Shown: one piece after another, positions 26,396 through 36,552 of the stretch | Position numbering within the stretch: the stretch's first letter is position 1 | Layout: the number at the start of each line of letters is the position of its first letter | Source of the DNA: a virus | Length of the DNA: 64,000 nt | Virus record (IMG/VR): IMGVR_UViG_3300021962_000066 | Span: 1-64,000 of that record | Strand: one strand, 5' to 3' | The notes under the pieces: model-generated | What the model was told of the DNA's origin: nothing | Seen by the model: the letters and a program-made list of their open reading frames with translations, nothing else | Database searches by the model: none | Made by a program: the position numbers and the translations under genes

Positions 26396-26992
26396 TCAGC
26401 AAAATAACTCCTTTATATCTCTGATAGAGTTTGACTGCAACGATGTATAGTCTATAGTGGACTCAATACTGTGTAAACTGTTTATTGTTTGACTAATGAA
26501 ACTATCAATAGTAATATAACTTATAATATTAGACATATCACTGTCACTCACTAAATTTTGTCGTATTTTACGCATTAAACCCTTTGTTCTATGGGTACCA
26601 TACACTCGCGGTATTCGTAATATCATATACTTATTGTAACGCTTTTTAATGTAAACCTCCATAGCGAACTTACACGATTCATAAAGATTTGTAATCTTAT
26701 TAACTCCCTCCGTACTAGCAAATATAAATGTAGCATGATTCTCTATTGCAATATTCAATAGATTGTCTGTACCTATAACAATAGTGCTAACTGTTCGCTC
26801 TATATCTTTAAATTCAAATGTATCGCTAGGAGAGGCTAAATGCATGACCATGTCAATATTACTATATTGACGTCGATCTCTAACATCGCCTTCATACTCC
26901 ACCACGGTATAGATAGCGGAGAGTGCCGGTATAAGCGATGAGCCTAAAAAGCCTTTACTGCCTGTTATTAGTATGCGAGGTTTTCCATTCAC
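26396..26992 (-). CDS. Short NAD-dependent epimerase/reductase
   Basis: TGSKGFLG, HLAS, YESCK, LRIPRVYG. Confidence 0.8.
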   Translation of the reverse strand: MNGKPRILITGSKGFLGSSLIPALSAIYTVVEYEGDVRDRRQYSNIDMVMHLASPSDTFEFKDIERTVSTIVIGTDNLLNIAIENHATFIFASTEGVNKITNLYESCKFAMEVYIKKRYNKYMILRIPRVYGTHRTKGLMRKIRQNLVSDSDMSNIISYITIDSFISQTINSLHSIESTIDYTSLQSNSIRDIKELFC

Positions 26993-27458
26993 AATTATCC
27001 CAACCGAGTCTTATGAGACTTGGTTCCTTTCCTCTGATGCAGTTAGTAAGCGTACTCAGAAATGATTGACGATCGTGAGGTTCATGTAGAGGTATGCCCA
27101 GCGCTGCCATAAGTTGCGCGTCATCGTCTAATATATGACCCTTACCGCCGGCTTTATAACAACCGTTAGCACCTGCGTTAATAAACGTAACGCTTCTACC
27201 GAAGTTTACAACACTGAACTTTATCTGTTCGTATCCGCGGTGTATTACAAACCCTGCAACCCCATACACTATAACTGACTTACCTTGACTAGCTAGCCCA
27301 CCAGCAATGTTCACAAGGTTCGTCTCCTGCACTCCTACATTTATACAACGCTCTGGAAACCGCGACTTAAATCGCTTAAAGCTCCACATATCTGCATGTA
27401 AGAAATACAGATTCGGATTATTGTATTTACTAAGAAATTTGTCTAAGGTATTTCTCAT
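26955..27458 (-). CDS. Transketolase-like protein, pyrimidine-binding (beta) subunit
   Basis: FPERCINVGVQETNLVNIAGGLA, RGYEQIK, IRL motifs. Confidence 0.9.
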   Translation of the reverse strand: MRNTLDKFLSKYNNPNLYFLHADMWSFKRFKSRFPERCINVGVQETNLVNIAGGLASQGKSVIVYGVAGFVIHRGYEQIKFSVVNFGRSVTFINAGANGCYKAGGKGHILDDDAQLMAALGIPLHEPHDRQSFLSTLTNCIRGKEPSLIRLGWDNCEWKTSHTNNRQ

Positions 27459-28143
27459 CTACTTTTTTATAATGCCAGGTTATAGGGTCTGCTTCCATAA
27501 ATGGGACACCGTACCCTTTAATAGTCTTACAAAAGAATACAGTCGGTTTACCGTATTCAGCTCTAAACTCTTTATTGAGCTTAAGGTAATCATGCCCGTC
27601 AACGACAGTAGTAGCCCACCCATTATTGCTAAAGAAGTTAATTACCGGCTCTATAGGTAGAATGTCGCACACTTTACCTGTAACCTGTTGGTTGTTGTAA
27701 TCTACAGTAACAACTATATTTGCCAATTTCTTATGACCGATATACTGTATAGCCTCTAGAGTGCTGCCCATCTGCAATGTAGCATCAGAGAGATTGACCC
27801 ACACTTTCTGAGATGTTGTCATAGCAATGCCACTTGCAACACCTAGAGCATTCCCCATCGTCTCTTCACCGAAATCAACAAAGTCTATTTCAGCGTGTTT
27901 AACTCCAGGAGATAGATTCTCTATATGCTTGATATAGTTAAGTCTTTTCCAGATTAGATAATAGGTTTGTGAACCAAATGGCTTACCTAGAACGATTTTG
28001 TGCTTATATGGTACAACATGCTTCTCTGTAAACAGAACATCCACATAAGTGAGCATAGATAGAGCTGACGGTATGTGCGTCAGCTGCTGCTTGATAGAAT
28101 ACTGTAAAACAGTATTTGGTAAAATAGGATCAACTATATCCAT
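27430..28143 (-). CDS. Transketolase-like protein, TPP-binding (alpha) subunit
   Basis: HIPSALS, G..LG.A.G.A, DYNNQQ, VDGHD, TIKGYG, WH motifs. Confidence 0.85.
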   Translation of the reverse strand: MDIVDPILPNTVLQYSIKQQLTHIPSALSMLTYVDVLFTEKHVVPYKHKIVLGKPFGSQTYYLIWKRLNYIKHIENLSPGVKHAEIDFVDFGEETMGNALGVASGIAMTTSQKVWVNLSDATLQMGSTLEAIQYIGHKKLANIVVTVDYNNQQVTGKVCDILPIEPVINFFSNNGWATTVVDGHDYLKLNKEFRAEYGKPTVFFCKTIKGYGVPFMEADPITWHYKKVDEKYLRQIS

Positions 28144-29389
28144 AATCTTTTAACCATATAGGATATGGTGTACCCCTCAAGACATCAAGTTCTCGTGCTG
28201 CTATTTCTACGAGATTCCTAGGACTAGGTTCCTTTACACCTAGCCCTGTTAATAAACTATTCCAACTCCATTCATCAAATATAGCAGACTCTGAATATAA
28301 GTTAACATCCATCTGTTTATACTGATCCCAATACTCATTACTTCTTTTTGCGTATTTATAGTGTGCTAGTATAAAACTAACTATCGAATTGTATTCCTTA
28401 TTGATCGTACGGTTATATTCATCTGCTGTAATCTTCTCTTCAATATAGTCGCATAATAGCTCAATACTGAACACACTCATAAACAGACTAGTACTTTCCA
28501 TCGGCTCGACAAAGCTTGATGATAGACCTACGGCAGCAACTGGCGGCACTCCTTCAACTATATGTGTCTCACATCTACCAGTTGCGAACTTAATTTTTTT
28601 AATCTTACTCTCATCTATCTTACTGACAGTAGATTGCTCTATAAAGTCTATAAATTCCTGTCGCACGTTGAAATTATCTGAATGCACATATCCAAATGTC
28701 ATCTCGTTTCGTAAAAACAAGTTCCATATCCACCCATATTTCATAGCGGTTGCAATTGAATAGGGTCGTATTTGATTTAGGGAGTTAGTATAACGGTGTC
28801 TATAAATGTAGGCAGAGTTGTTAGGAATTAACTGCTCTATAGATACAAAGTTATTATCAGGCTCTACTGCTCTGAGAATAGTCTTTGACAGGCCTGTACA
28901 ATCTACTACAAGATCTGCAGTACTCTTCACATCATTAAAGCTAACTTCCTTTTTTATAATAGAGAGATTTTTATAAACCTGCAATTTAGATTCTATTAGA
29001 GTTGTTAGAAGGTTAACATTAAAGTGGAATCCTATATTACTCTCCGGATGTAAAACGCCAGCTGTTACACGTTGCTGTCTGCAATGCTCATCATACGACG
29101 GAAATGCATGGAAAAACTTATCTCTTACACCGGAAAACTCATCAAATCTAAATCCAAATTTTATAGTACCGTTACAATGATCGAGAATGTCTTCTGACGA
29201 TATACCTATTTTTCTTAGAAAAATATGTACGTCAGGTACAGTTGCTTCGCCTACACCTATAGGGTTATTAACCTCCGGGTATATCCATCTGATGCTCTTA
29301 TCTGGAAATGCTTTACATAAAAATGCAACCGCTAGGTAGCCTGCTGTACCAGCACCGACAACAGTTAGGTTTTTATACTCTCGGATCAT
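28130..29389 (-). CDS. Flavin-dependent (tryptophan) halogenase family protein
   Basis: GAGTAG, IGVGEAT, TIKFG (PrnA catalytic Lys position), GWIW, FVEPMES. Confidence 0.85.
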   Translation of the reverse strand: MIREYKNLTVVGAGTAGYLAVAFLCKAFPDKSIRWIYPEVNNPIGVGEATVPDVHIFLRKIGISSEDILDHCNGTIKFGFRFDEFSGVRDKFFHAFPSYDEHCRQQRVTAGVLHPESNIGFHFNVNLLTTLIESKLQVYKNLSIIKKEVSFNDVKSTADLVVDCTGLSKTILRAVEPDNNFVSIEQLIPNNSAYIYRHRYTNSLNQIRPYSIATAMKYGWIWNLFLRNEMTFGYVHSDNFNVRQEFIDFIEQSTVSKIDESKIKKIKFATGRCETHIVEGVPPVAAVGLSSSFVEPMESTSLFMSVFSIELLCDYIEEKITADEYNRTINKEYNSIVSFILAHYKYAKRSNEYWDQYKQMDVNLYSESAIFDEWSWNSLLTGLGVKEPSPRNLVEIAARELDVLRGTPYPIWLKDYGYS

Positions 29390-30357
29390 TTTACCTCAAC
29401 TCTCTTGTACTCTAAATCAAAAACGCATTTTTTAAATGGACATATTACATCTGCAACTGTTGTAAAATAATTGTCGTAATTATACGGAGTATTAATGTTG
29501 AATAAAGGTTTAGCAAAAGAGAATATCTCGCTGATACATCTGTAACAATTACCATCCCAATCGATTATTATTCGATCCTTAGCTACGCTGCACTTATAAC
29601 CTAAAAAGTTAGTCTTATTATTTAGCCATAGCTCAAATTTTGATACACTACTAACAGTGTATGGGTCTGTTTGGTATTTAATAGTTTTATCGAAAAAAAG
29701 GCTATGTATAGCTAATTTAGAAATGTCTTCAGTTTTTTGCAGGTAGGCTAATTCACCTACATCACTCTCAACACGGTTCACCTTGCAATCAATAAGCGGA
29801 GATATCTCACAATACTCTATACCGAGTATAGAAACAGCTGTGTTAAAGCTGCCCATAACACATTTACGACTATTGTACATAAATGTAATCTTACCAAGGA
29901 GATTAAGATTCTTAATCATAATACACTTTCTAAGAAATAAAGGCAGCTCAGTTTGAGTGTTGTGAAAGCTGCAGGATATTTTAAAGATATTACTATACTT
30001 CGCATATCTGCTGCAAAATGAAGAGAACCAATCTTCTGATCGTGACAAGTTAGTTAGAAAATCAATGGAGATATTAATCCTATTAGCAGTACAATAGGCT
30101 AGCACACTATCCAAGAAACTGTTTAAATGGGTGTAAAGAGTCGGCTCGCCTCCGTATATAAATAAGTAGATCGGTCTCTTAATGACTTTAGATATTGAGC
30201 CGATCATAGAGCAGACGTTATCTGCATTCAGCTGAGTAATAGGATTCTTATTTTGATGTAGATCGGTACAGTAATAGCAGTCGTAATTACATTTAGTTGT
30301 AAGTCTAACTTCTAAATTAAAGCGTTGCTGTTCCTCTCCTAGCGATACGATCTTTAT
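29386..30357 (-). CDS. Radical SAM protein 5 (extended upstream of 30207 to include CxxxCxxC; probable ATA start)
   Basis: In-frame CNYDCYYC upstream of the annotated start; GGEPT; C-terminal C..IDWDG..YRC..C..C. Confidence 0.85.
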   Translation of the reverse strand: MKIVSLGEEQQRFNLEVRLTTKCNYDCYYCTDLHQNKNPITQLNADNVCSMIGSISKVIKRPIYLFIYGGEPTLYTHLNSFLDSVLAYCTANRINISIDFLTNLSRSEDWFSSFCSRYAKYSNIFKISCSFHNTQTELPLFLRKCIMIKNLNLLGKITFMYNSRKCVMGSFNTAVSILGIEYCEISPLIDCKVNRVESDVGELAYLQKTEDISKLAIHSLFFDKTIKYQTDPYTVSSVSKFELWLNNKTNFLGYKCSVAKDRIIIDWDGNCYRCISEIFSFAKPLFNINTPYNYDNYFTTVADVICPFKKCVFDLEYKRVEVK

Positions 30358-31271
30358 AACCTCTCCTTATAGTATGAGTATTTTATATCACAGCAGCATC
30401 CTGTTTCTACATCGCAAATAACCTGCTTATCAATATTACTTCCGAGAGGCGTCATAGGTGTATGAGTACAGTGGTTTACTATTCGACCATCTGTCTTTAT
30501 ATACCACATTAACGGTGTGCATCGAAAACCCTTAAAAAATCTTAAGCCATGTTTTTGTATGTCATACTCATTTAAATTAGTCATCTTACCGTTGATATTA
30601 AACGGGATATTACCTGTAATACTTTTAGGATTTTCTGCAATTACTGTTTTAAATGTTTCAAAAAACTTGTCAGTATATTTAGGAGACCAGCCTGCTCTCG
30701 TTGGAATTAGAAAATTAAACCCAACTGCAACACCTCGCTCTTTTAAGGTATTAATGAGACTGATAGTGCCTTCCCAATGCTCCTCAGTGTCTGACAGATT
30801 TATATTAGGAAAAATAGTTATATGCTTTGCATCTTTTATAGCAATACACTTATCTATAAAGACTGGCTTAAAGTATTCGGGATGGTAAGAGGGTGTTATT
30901 TGCAGCTTATTACACTCAGGTATATCAAATTGCTGATAATATTCTAATGATCTAGAAAAATTTGTAACAAGTTCTATCTTAAGACAATTTTTAATTGCAT
31001 TTAGTCCCTTTACAATTTCAACCAAATCTGGATGCAATGTAGGTTCCCCGCCTAGCAACTCAACGTTAAACTTAGGTATGCGGTTAAGCGACAACTGCTT
31101 TACGACCTGTTTATACGACTGCAGCTTAGTAGTATCAATCTGCTTCTTCAAAAAGTGCTCTGCACTACAATACGAGCACCTGTAATTACACACGTCAACA
31201 AGGTCCCACGAAAATGTAACCAGCTTACAATTGGGGTCGCCAGCATGCTTAACGTCGTCTATTGTCATCAC
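30354..31271 (-). CDS. Radical SAM protein 4 with twitch-like Cys-rich C-terminus
   Basis: CNYRCSYC, GGEPTLHP, SYHPE, FKGFRC, C-terminal CCC. Confidence 0.9.
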   Translation of the reverse strand: MMTIDDVKHAGDPNCKLVTFSWDLVDVCNYRCSYCSAEHFLKKQIDTTKLQSYKQVVKQLSLNRIPKFNVELLGGEPTLHPDLVEIVKGLNAIKNCLKIELVTNFSRSLEYYQQFDIPECNKLQITPSYHPEYFKPVFIDKCIAIKDAKHITIFPNINLSDTEEHWEGTISLINTLKERGVAVGFNFLIPTRAGWSPKYTDKFFETFKTVIAENPKSITGNIPFNINGKMTNLNEYDIQKHGLRFFKGFRCTPLMWYIKTDGRIVNHCTHTPMTPLGSNIDKQVICDVETGCCCDIKYSYYKERL

Positions 31272-31278
31272 TTATTAC

Positions 31279-32250
31279 TTATTGAGTTTCCGAGTTATTC
31301 AATAATACTACTTTTTCTTTAAAAATCTTTAACAAGCCGTCACAATTGCAGCTACCGTGTGGGCATTTGACAGGCGTAATTGCTGTAATCTTTTTAAAGT
31401 AAAACGGGTCAGTTACAAGATTAACAGGTTGATCAAAGCATACTCTATGAACGACACCATCGTATGAGATCTCGTAATTATTATTCCAGCAACTCCATCC
31501 CTTGAACCCCGTTAGTTCACGTTTAAAGAGATTGTAGTCATTGTACATAACCTTATCGCCCTTAACATCTTCAAAGGTGAAGTAGTTAGGATATGCGTTA
31601 AATCGTTTAAACTCATTATAAAATTCTTCGCTATAGTTCTCAGGCACATGTACGTCGCCGTTAGCATATAGGAAGTGTGGGTGTATCTCGATACCGCTCA
31701 TCTCTTCAAGACTATCTACAAATTTATGAATCTTAGGCCATAATTCCTTTTTTGGATTTAGCATTACATTCACCTTACATCTAAACCCCTTGTCCTTAAT
31801 AACTCTAATATTGTCCAGTAACCGTTTAAAGTCTTCTCCGTATTTGGATTCGTATTCAGTATGGAAACTCCACAAGAAGTACATGTTGTTATAGTACTTG
31901 TGCTTTCTAAAAAAATCCGTATCTTTGGATCCATTTGTAGTAATATACAATCTACCGTCCGGGTGTTTAGAAATAGCAGCATGACAGCCTTCTATTAACT
32001 CCTCGTAGCGAGGGTGGAGAGTAGGCTCTCCGCCTAAGAGACCCAAGAACACTGGTAGGGTTGCTCTACCGATACTGTTGATGACTAGTTGCTGCTTATC
32101 CCACCTATCTATCCTGCCCCACTCATCGCCATACTCCTTCATCGCATAACAATATGAACATTTAAAGTTACACTGGGTACTTACATCCCAATGAATATAT
32201 AGTCGTTGTACCTTATGACCGGAGTCATATTGCTTGATAAAATCTGTCAT
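31279..32250 (-). CDS. Radical SAM protein 3
   Basis: CNFKCSYC, GGEPTLHP, TTNGS, FKGWSC, CPHGSCNC. Confidence 0.9.
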   Translation of the reverse strand: MTDFIKQYDSGHKVQRLYIHWDVSTQCNFKCSYCYAMKEYGDEWGRIDRWDKQQLVINSIGRATLPVFLGLLGGEPTLHPRYEELIEGCHAAISKHPDGRLYITTNGSKDTDFFRKHKYYNNMYFLWSFHTEYESKYGEDFKRLLDNIRVIKDKGFRCKVNVMLNPKKELWPKIHKFVDSLEEMSGIEIHPHFLYANGDVHVPENYSEEFYNEFKRFNAYPNYFTFEDVKGDKVMYNDYNLFKRELTGFKGWSCWNNNYEISYDGVVHRVCFDQPVNLVTDPFYFKKITAITPVKCPHGSCNCDGLLKIFKEKVVLLNNSETQ

Positions 32251-32884
32251 CTTTATTATAGGTATAGAAACTTATATTATCACCACCGCTTGTGGTCTGT
32301 ACCCAGCGCTCACCAATAATATACTTAATAGTTGCCGGTTGAAGGGAATGGAAAAGCTCTATGTCGTTATTAATATTATTACCGACCGGAAACGACTTAA
32401 TTAATGATTTTCTGAACAGTATCTGACCGAGTTGAAAGTCACGTGGGGTATATTCTTTCAGGAATTTCGATAAGTCAGTCACTTCAAATAAATGTCGGTT
32501 TGACTTAGTGACACGCTTATATGCACAATAAGGCCCGATCTCAGCTATCAGCGGTTCCGAGACATATTCCAGATAGTTAACATCCGACTCGAAGTCTAAA
32601 TTATCAAAGAAGTTTCTTTTTATGTAGTCATCATCTTCTAAGAAATACACGAACTCACATAGGGACTGATCAAACAGAAACCTATATAAATTGGAAAGGT
32701 CACTATCTCGTTTGTAGTGATATGATATAGGTATTGCAGTATTATAAATTTCGTCGATATCATTAGAGTCGTTGTTTACTATGACTTCGACACCGGGCGG
32801 CACTTTGCAGGCTAATATACTTTCAATACACCGCTTAAACAGCTTTGGTCTATTGTGGGTTAATATTAAAATGCTAAGTTTCAT
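32225..32884 (-). CDS. Glycosyltransferase family 2
   Basis: LSILILTHNRP...CIESI, VIVNND, YFLEDDD. Confidence 0.85.
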   Translation of the reverse strand: MKLSILILTHNRPKLFKRCIESILACKVPPGVEVIVNNDSNDIDEIYNTAIPISYHYKRDSDLSNLYRFLFDQSLCEFVYFLEDDDYIKRNFFDNLDFESDVNYLEYVSEPLIAEIGPYCAYKRVTKSNRHLFEVTDLSKFLKEYTPRDFQLGQILFRKSLIKSFPVGNNINNDIELFHSLQPATIKYIIGERWVQTTSGGDNISFYTYNKDDRFYQAI

Positions 32885-33888
32885 TTTCTATATTTTACGT
32901 GATCGAGGCCATCATAGCATGTAGTATTGATGCAAACTACATCTGACTTCAAGAATGCATTAACATCAATATCGGCTAAGTTTGCCCCGCGTATTTGTTT
33001 ATTATAGTCATCATTACAGTGATAAACCTGTAAAGTATGGTCAATAACTATATTCTTTTTGCCACACTCACACCACATATGTTTAAATTTCGTATGTATT
33101 TTGCTAGCCTTTACCTCGCTGTAGTTTTTCACAGTACCATCAATATTAAAGTTCCAGCCTTCTTCGAAATATTCTTTAAAGTGTGGATATTTTCTGGTAA
33201 AGTATCTATACTCTAAACTCTTACCATTATCATCTCCTCTTAAATAGTCATCAGTTAGGTGCACCTTATAATCTGGTAAGTTGAGAAAAGTTAAATTTTC
33301 TATCTCAGTAAATTTCAGCTTTATCTTGCCGGGGAATCTACTATTTAAAAGATTAAACTCAGATAGAAATTGATCCTCTCTACCGATTTCTGTACTAAAG
33401 AAGCACAACCCCATAGCATTGTATTTGTTGCTTAGATACAGTTTTTTTGAAAACTCATCGACCGACTGCTTACCTATATGATAGCTACTGCAAATGTCAA
33501 TTTTTGCCGTACAGGTAGTAGCTGTTTGTAGAAATACCTCTAAACGGTCATAAGCAATACTTAAATTTGTCTGGGTTTGTAGGAAGAGTTCTCTATCGGA
33601 AAATATCTTTATAAGTTCAAAGTGTAAATGTTCCCAATATCTGCTTAGCGTTGGCTCTCCGCCATAGAAGTAGAAAAACAACCGCCTTTTGCTCACGGGT
33701 ATTTGAGACAGTTTAGAAATTACTGCTGCACAGTCTGCCTCAGACCACTGCGTAGACGTGTTGTTATACTCATTACAGAACCAGCATGCGTGATTACACT
33801 TGAATGATGGTTTTAAAGTGACTTTCAGATCATACTCAGGGAATTGAGCAGTCTTTATTATCTCAAACTTATGTATTAAAGCAGACAT
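32881..33888 (-). CDS. Radical SAM protein 2
   Basis: CNHACWFC, GGEPTL, SSYH, C..G...VYHC, C....C. Confidence 0.9.
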   Translation of the reverse strand: MSALIHKFEIIKTAQFPEYDLKVTLKPSFKCNHACWFCNEYNNTSTQWSEADCAAVISKLSQIPVSKRRLFFYFYGGEPTLSRYWEHLHFELIKIFSDRELFLQTQTNLSIAYDRLEVFLQTATTCTAKIDICSSYHIGKQSVDEFSKKLYLSNKYNAMGLCFFSTEIGREDQFLSEFNLLNSRFPGKIKLKFTEIENLTFLNLPDYKVHLTDDYLRGDDNGKSLEYRYFTRKYPHFKEYFEEGWNFNIDGTVKNYSEVKASKIHTKFKHMWCECGKKNIVIDHTLQVYHCNDDYNKQIRGANLADIDVNAFLKSDVVCINTTCYDGLDHVKYRK

Positions 33889-34828
33889 TCTGTATAATAT
33901 TAATTATGCTATCATCGCTCTGAAGCGATACCGAACTAATGTCTGTGTCTATATCAAGCTTTCGATATTTTAACCCGGTGTCTATATTTAAATATGCCTC
34001 GTCGATGTTATAATAGATAACATCTTTACCGTAATGCTTACACTCAGCAATAAATCTCGGGCTACAGTCGAACATTGTAGTCGTCGGAGTATATATGTAT
34101 GTTGAAAACTTACTAAACAGATCTAAAACAGGTGCAGATAGAAAACTAACCTCAGTAATATGCTTAAACTTATCGGTGTATGCTTCAGGGAATGATGTTA
34201 TAGCTATAAATTTTTTAAATTGAGGGTAAAGTTGAGACATCTGACAAAGGATTTCGTCAGATATGGCTCTACAGTTCTTAGTACAGTATAGTAATGCAGT
34301 ATCGACCTCTGCTGATACTGCAGACTTAAGCTTAGAGAAGAGTATTTTTTTCCTGTAGTCTATTGCAATATTAATATCTTTTGGCGTGCATTTATATACC
34401 CGGTTATCCTGTAATAGGGTTATATTATTATACCGCAGGTCATGAAACGTATCTAAACGTGAACACTTAAACGCCAACACGTTATCGAATATTAGTTTTA
34501 CACCGAAGTGTTGAAAGTTTCTATTTAAGCCGCCATCAACGAAGAGAATATTCTTGCCCTTTAATATTTTTGGTCTAGATGCAAAGTAAGTATTATTCCT
34601 TATATCGCTAACCTCTCTGCTTGTTACATTATACTTATCAGTAATGATTGACTCAATTTCACTCCAAGTGAAGTCTTCTCCTATGAATATGCCAGTTTTA
34701 TATCGCTGTGAAAGTATGAAGTAGTAGTCAAAAATTTCATAAATATGCCCGCATATTCCGTGATTATTGTCAGGAGGCCAGGTAACTGATAAAAATATAT
34801 CATAGTTTGCATCTAATACTTTAATCAT
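33869..34828 (-). CDS. Hypothetical enzyme, possibly degenerate GT-B glycosyltransferase
   Basis: YIY...FDCSPRFIAECKHYGKDVI resembles the GT-B 'E.F.R...EA...G.PVI' donor-binding segment; embedded in the cluster. Confidence 0.5.
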   Translation of the reverse strand: MIKVLDANYDIFLSVTWPPDNNHGICGHIYEIFDYYFILSQRYKTGIFIGEDFTWSEIESIITDKYNVTSREVSDIRNNTYFASRPKILKGKNILFVDGGLNRNFQHFGVKLIFDNVLAFKCSRLDTFHDLRYNNITLLQDNRVYKCTPKDINIAIDYRKKILFSKLKSAVSAEVDTALLYCTKNCRAISDEILCQMSQLYPQFKKFIAITSFPEAYTDKFKHITEVSFLSAPVLDLFSKFSTYIYTPTTTMFDCSPRFIAECKHYGKDVIYYNIDEAYLNIDTGLKYRKLDIDTDISSVSLQSDDSIINIIQNVCFNT

Positions 34829-35846
34829 ACATACCGGATCTATAGAAGTTAACTCGTCTTATCTTCTTGCCCGAGACGGGGTATACCGGTGCATCTAGCT
34901 TCTTTTCAATCCCGTCACAAATATAGTAAAATTTACAGGTAATACAACTGTTAGGCTTTTTATAATCATTTGATCGATCTTTTGCAGCAACATCATGCGC
35001 TATTAAAATCTTCTCATTCTCAGTATACGCTTTAGATACATCTAGCGTACCACTATACATCTCTTTATTCCAATCATACCTATCGTATATGTGTTGATAC
35101 TGATTACATACGTACTTTTCGTAGCCAATCATATAGCAATACGGGGTATATCGGACATTAATAGTCTTTATATCGTCTTTTATAATGTCGATACACTTCT
35201 TAATATGGGTTGTGAGGGTTAAATAGTCAGCCTGTTCAAAATTTTTATTATCCTCCCAATAGTTAAGAGTAAGAAAATTAATCTCAAGAGGCTTAATTGA
35301 TAATAGAAGCTTACTGTACTCTTCCAACCCTTCGCAGTTCTTTTGATAAACTGTGCAATTTATTCTGACAATAATTTTATGTTTTTTAGCATTGTCGATT
35401 GCTTGGAGTATCTTAATATAAGAACCCTTTCTATCAGTAATCTGATCGTGTACCTGTTCGTTAAATCCATGGAGACTAAATAGTATCTCTTTTAGTCCGT
35501 GTTCTTTCGATTTCTTAAGAAAGGCTTCATTAGCAAATTTATAGCCGTTACTAAGACAGCTAATATGTTCAAATCTTTGATTACAGTAATCTAGGAGCTC
35601 AAACCAATCTTTATGTACACTTGACTCACCACCTGAAAGATCGACCTCAGTAATACCATATCGGTGTAGATAATCGACCCTGTCCTTAATTACCGATAGT
35701 GGGGTATTTACATCAAGACGGTCCTTATAGTAGCAAAACTCGCAATTATAATTGCAGAGTGTACCTGTATCTAATTTTGCTCTGTTACACCGTTTTGTAT
35801 CAAAATCTATATCTATGCCGTGAGTACTAATGACGTTAAGATTCAT
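34821..35846 (-). CDS. Radical SAM protein 1 with SPASM-like CxxCxxxxxC tail
   Basis: CNYNCEFC, SGGE, SLHG, PYC, K..SCITCKFYYICDG. Confidence 0.9.
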   Translation of the reverse strand: MNLNVISTHGIDIDFDTKRCNRAKLDTGTLCNYNCEFCYYKDRLDVNTPLSVIKDRVDYLHRYGITEVDLSGGESSVHKDWFELLDYCNQRFEHISCLSNGYKFANEAFLKKSKEHGLKEILFSLHGFNEQVHDQITDRKGSYIKILQAIDNAKKHKIIVRINCTVYQKNCEGLEEYSKLLLSIKPLEINFLTLNYWEDNKNFEQADYLTLTTHIKKCIDIIKDDIKTINVRYTPYCYMIGYEKYVCNQYQHIYDRYDWNKEMYSGTLDVSKAYTENEKILIAHDVAAKDRSNDYKKPNSCITCKFYYICDGIEKKLDAPVYPVSGKKIRRVNFYRSGMYD

Positions 35847-36549
35847 TGCAAACAAAATCCGGGGCAGGCAATAAAAGCGAAGGCCAGAATGAGGTTAATG
35901 CTTTAACGGTTTTGAATTGGGTTAGATCAACTTCTTGAGGCACATCTCGAAACATTTGCTTGATTATAGCTATATCAGCAATATCGCTCGACAATGAACT
36001 AGTCAATGTCTCCTTCTCTAGGTTATCTAACTCCTGTAGATTCTTATTTCGATGCTCACGTATTAACTTCATCCAGCCTACTCGACACTGATTTAAAGTA
36101 GTCTCGTCAACTGATTCACCCTCTATATCTCGCTTATCATCTATGCCTAGATGCTTGCAGAGTATTAGCGGGGTTCTGTAAGCATTCGGATTTGTTCCGA
36201 ATATATGATTAAACGTATCAATCTGAAATAATCCGGTGTATAGCTTAGCCTCAGTATACCACCTAGTGAAGATCTGTTCGCTCTTTTCGAAAAATTCAGG
36301 GGATTGTTTAGAGTAGAATTTAGCTATGTCCTCACCGAGTAGAGGTACGGTTTGACCACATGACATAAGTATACCGATATTATCACTATTGACCTCCACC
36401 TCACGCTGTAAAATTTCATCAAAAAATCCGTTATTTGAGTTGTTGCCCTTCTTGACGTATATAAAGCGCTCTATATGGTTAGTTCGAACACCAATGACGC
36501 AGTGGGTATTATCATTAACGCCTCTTGCCCAGTTATGAATTGTATGCAT
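35836..36549 (-). CDS. Protein with C-terminal tail-fibre assembly chaperone-like domain
   Basis: IREHRNKNLQELD...KQMFRDVPQ...FWP matches the R..RN..L...D...Q.LRD.P...WP chaperone pattern. Confidence 0.6.
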   Translation of the reverse strand: MHTIHNWARGVNDNTHCVIGVRTNHIERFIYVKKGNNSNNGFFDEILQREVEVNSDNIGILMSCGQTVPLLGEDIAKFYSKQSPEFFEKSEQIFTRWYTEAKLYTGLFQIDTFNHIFGTNPNAYRTPLILCKHLGIDDKRDIEGESVDETTLNQCRVGWMKLIREHRNKNLQELDNLEKETLTSSLSSDIADIAIIKQMFRDVPQEVDLTQFKTVKALTSFWPSLLLPAPDFVCNES

Positions 36550-36552
36550 ATA

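Noticed and set aside
29386-35846. rSAM genes as QueE/7-deazaguanine DNA modification, NrdG or viperin
   Set aside because: No queC/queD/folE/dpdA or nrdD nearby, family-specific motifs not recognised, and the context is tail/glycan; cannot be fully excluded without HMM searches
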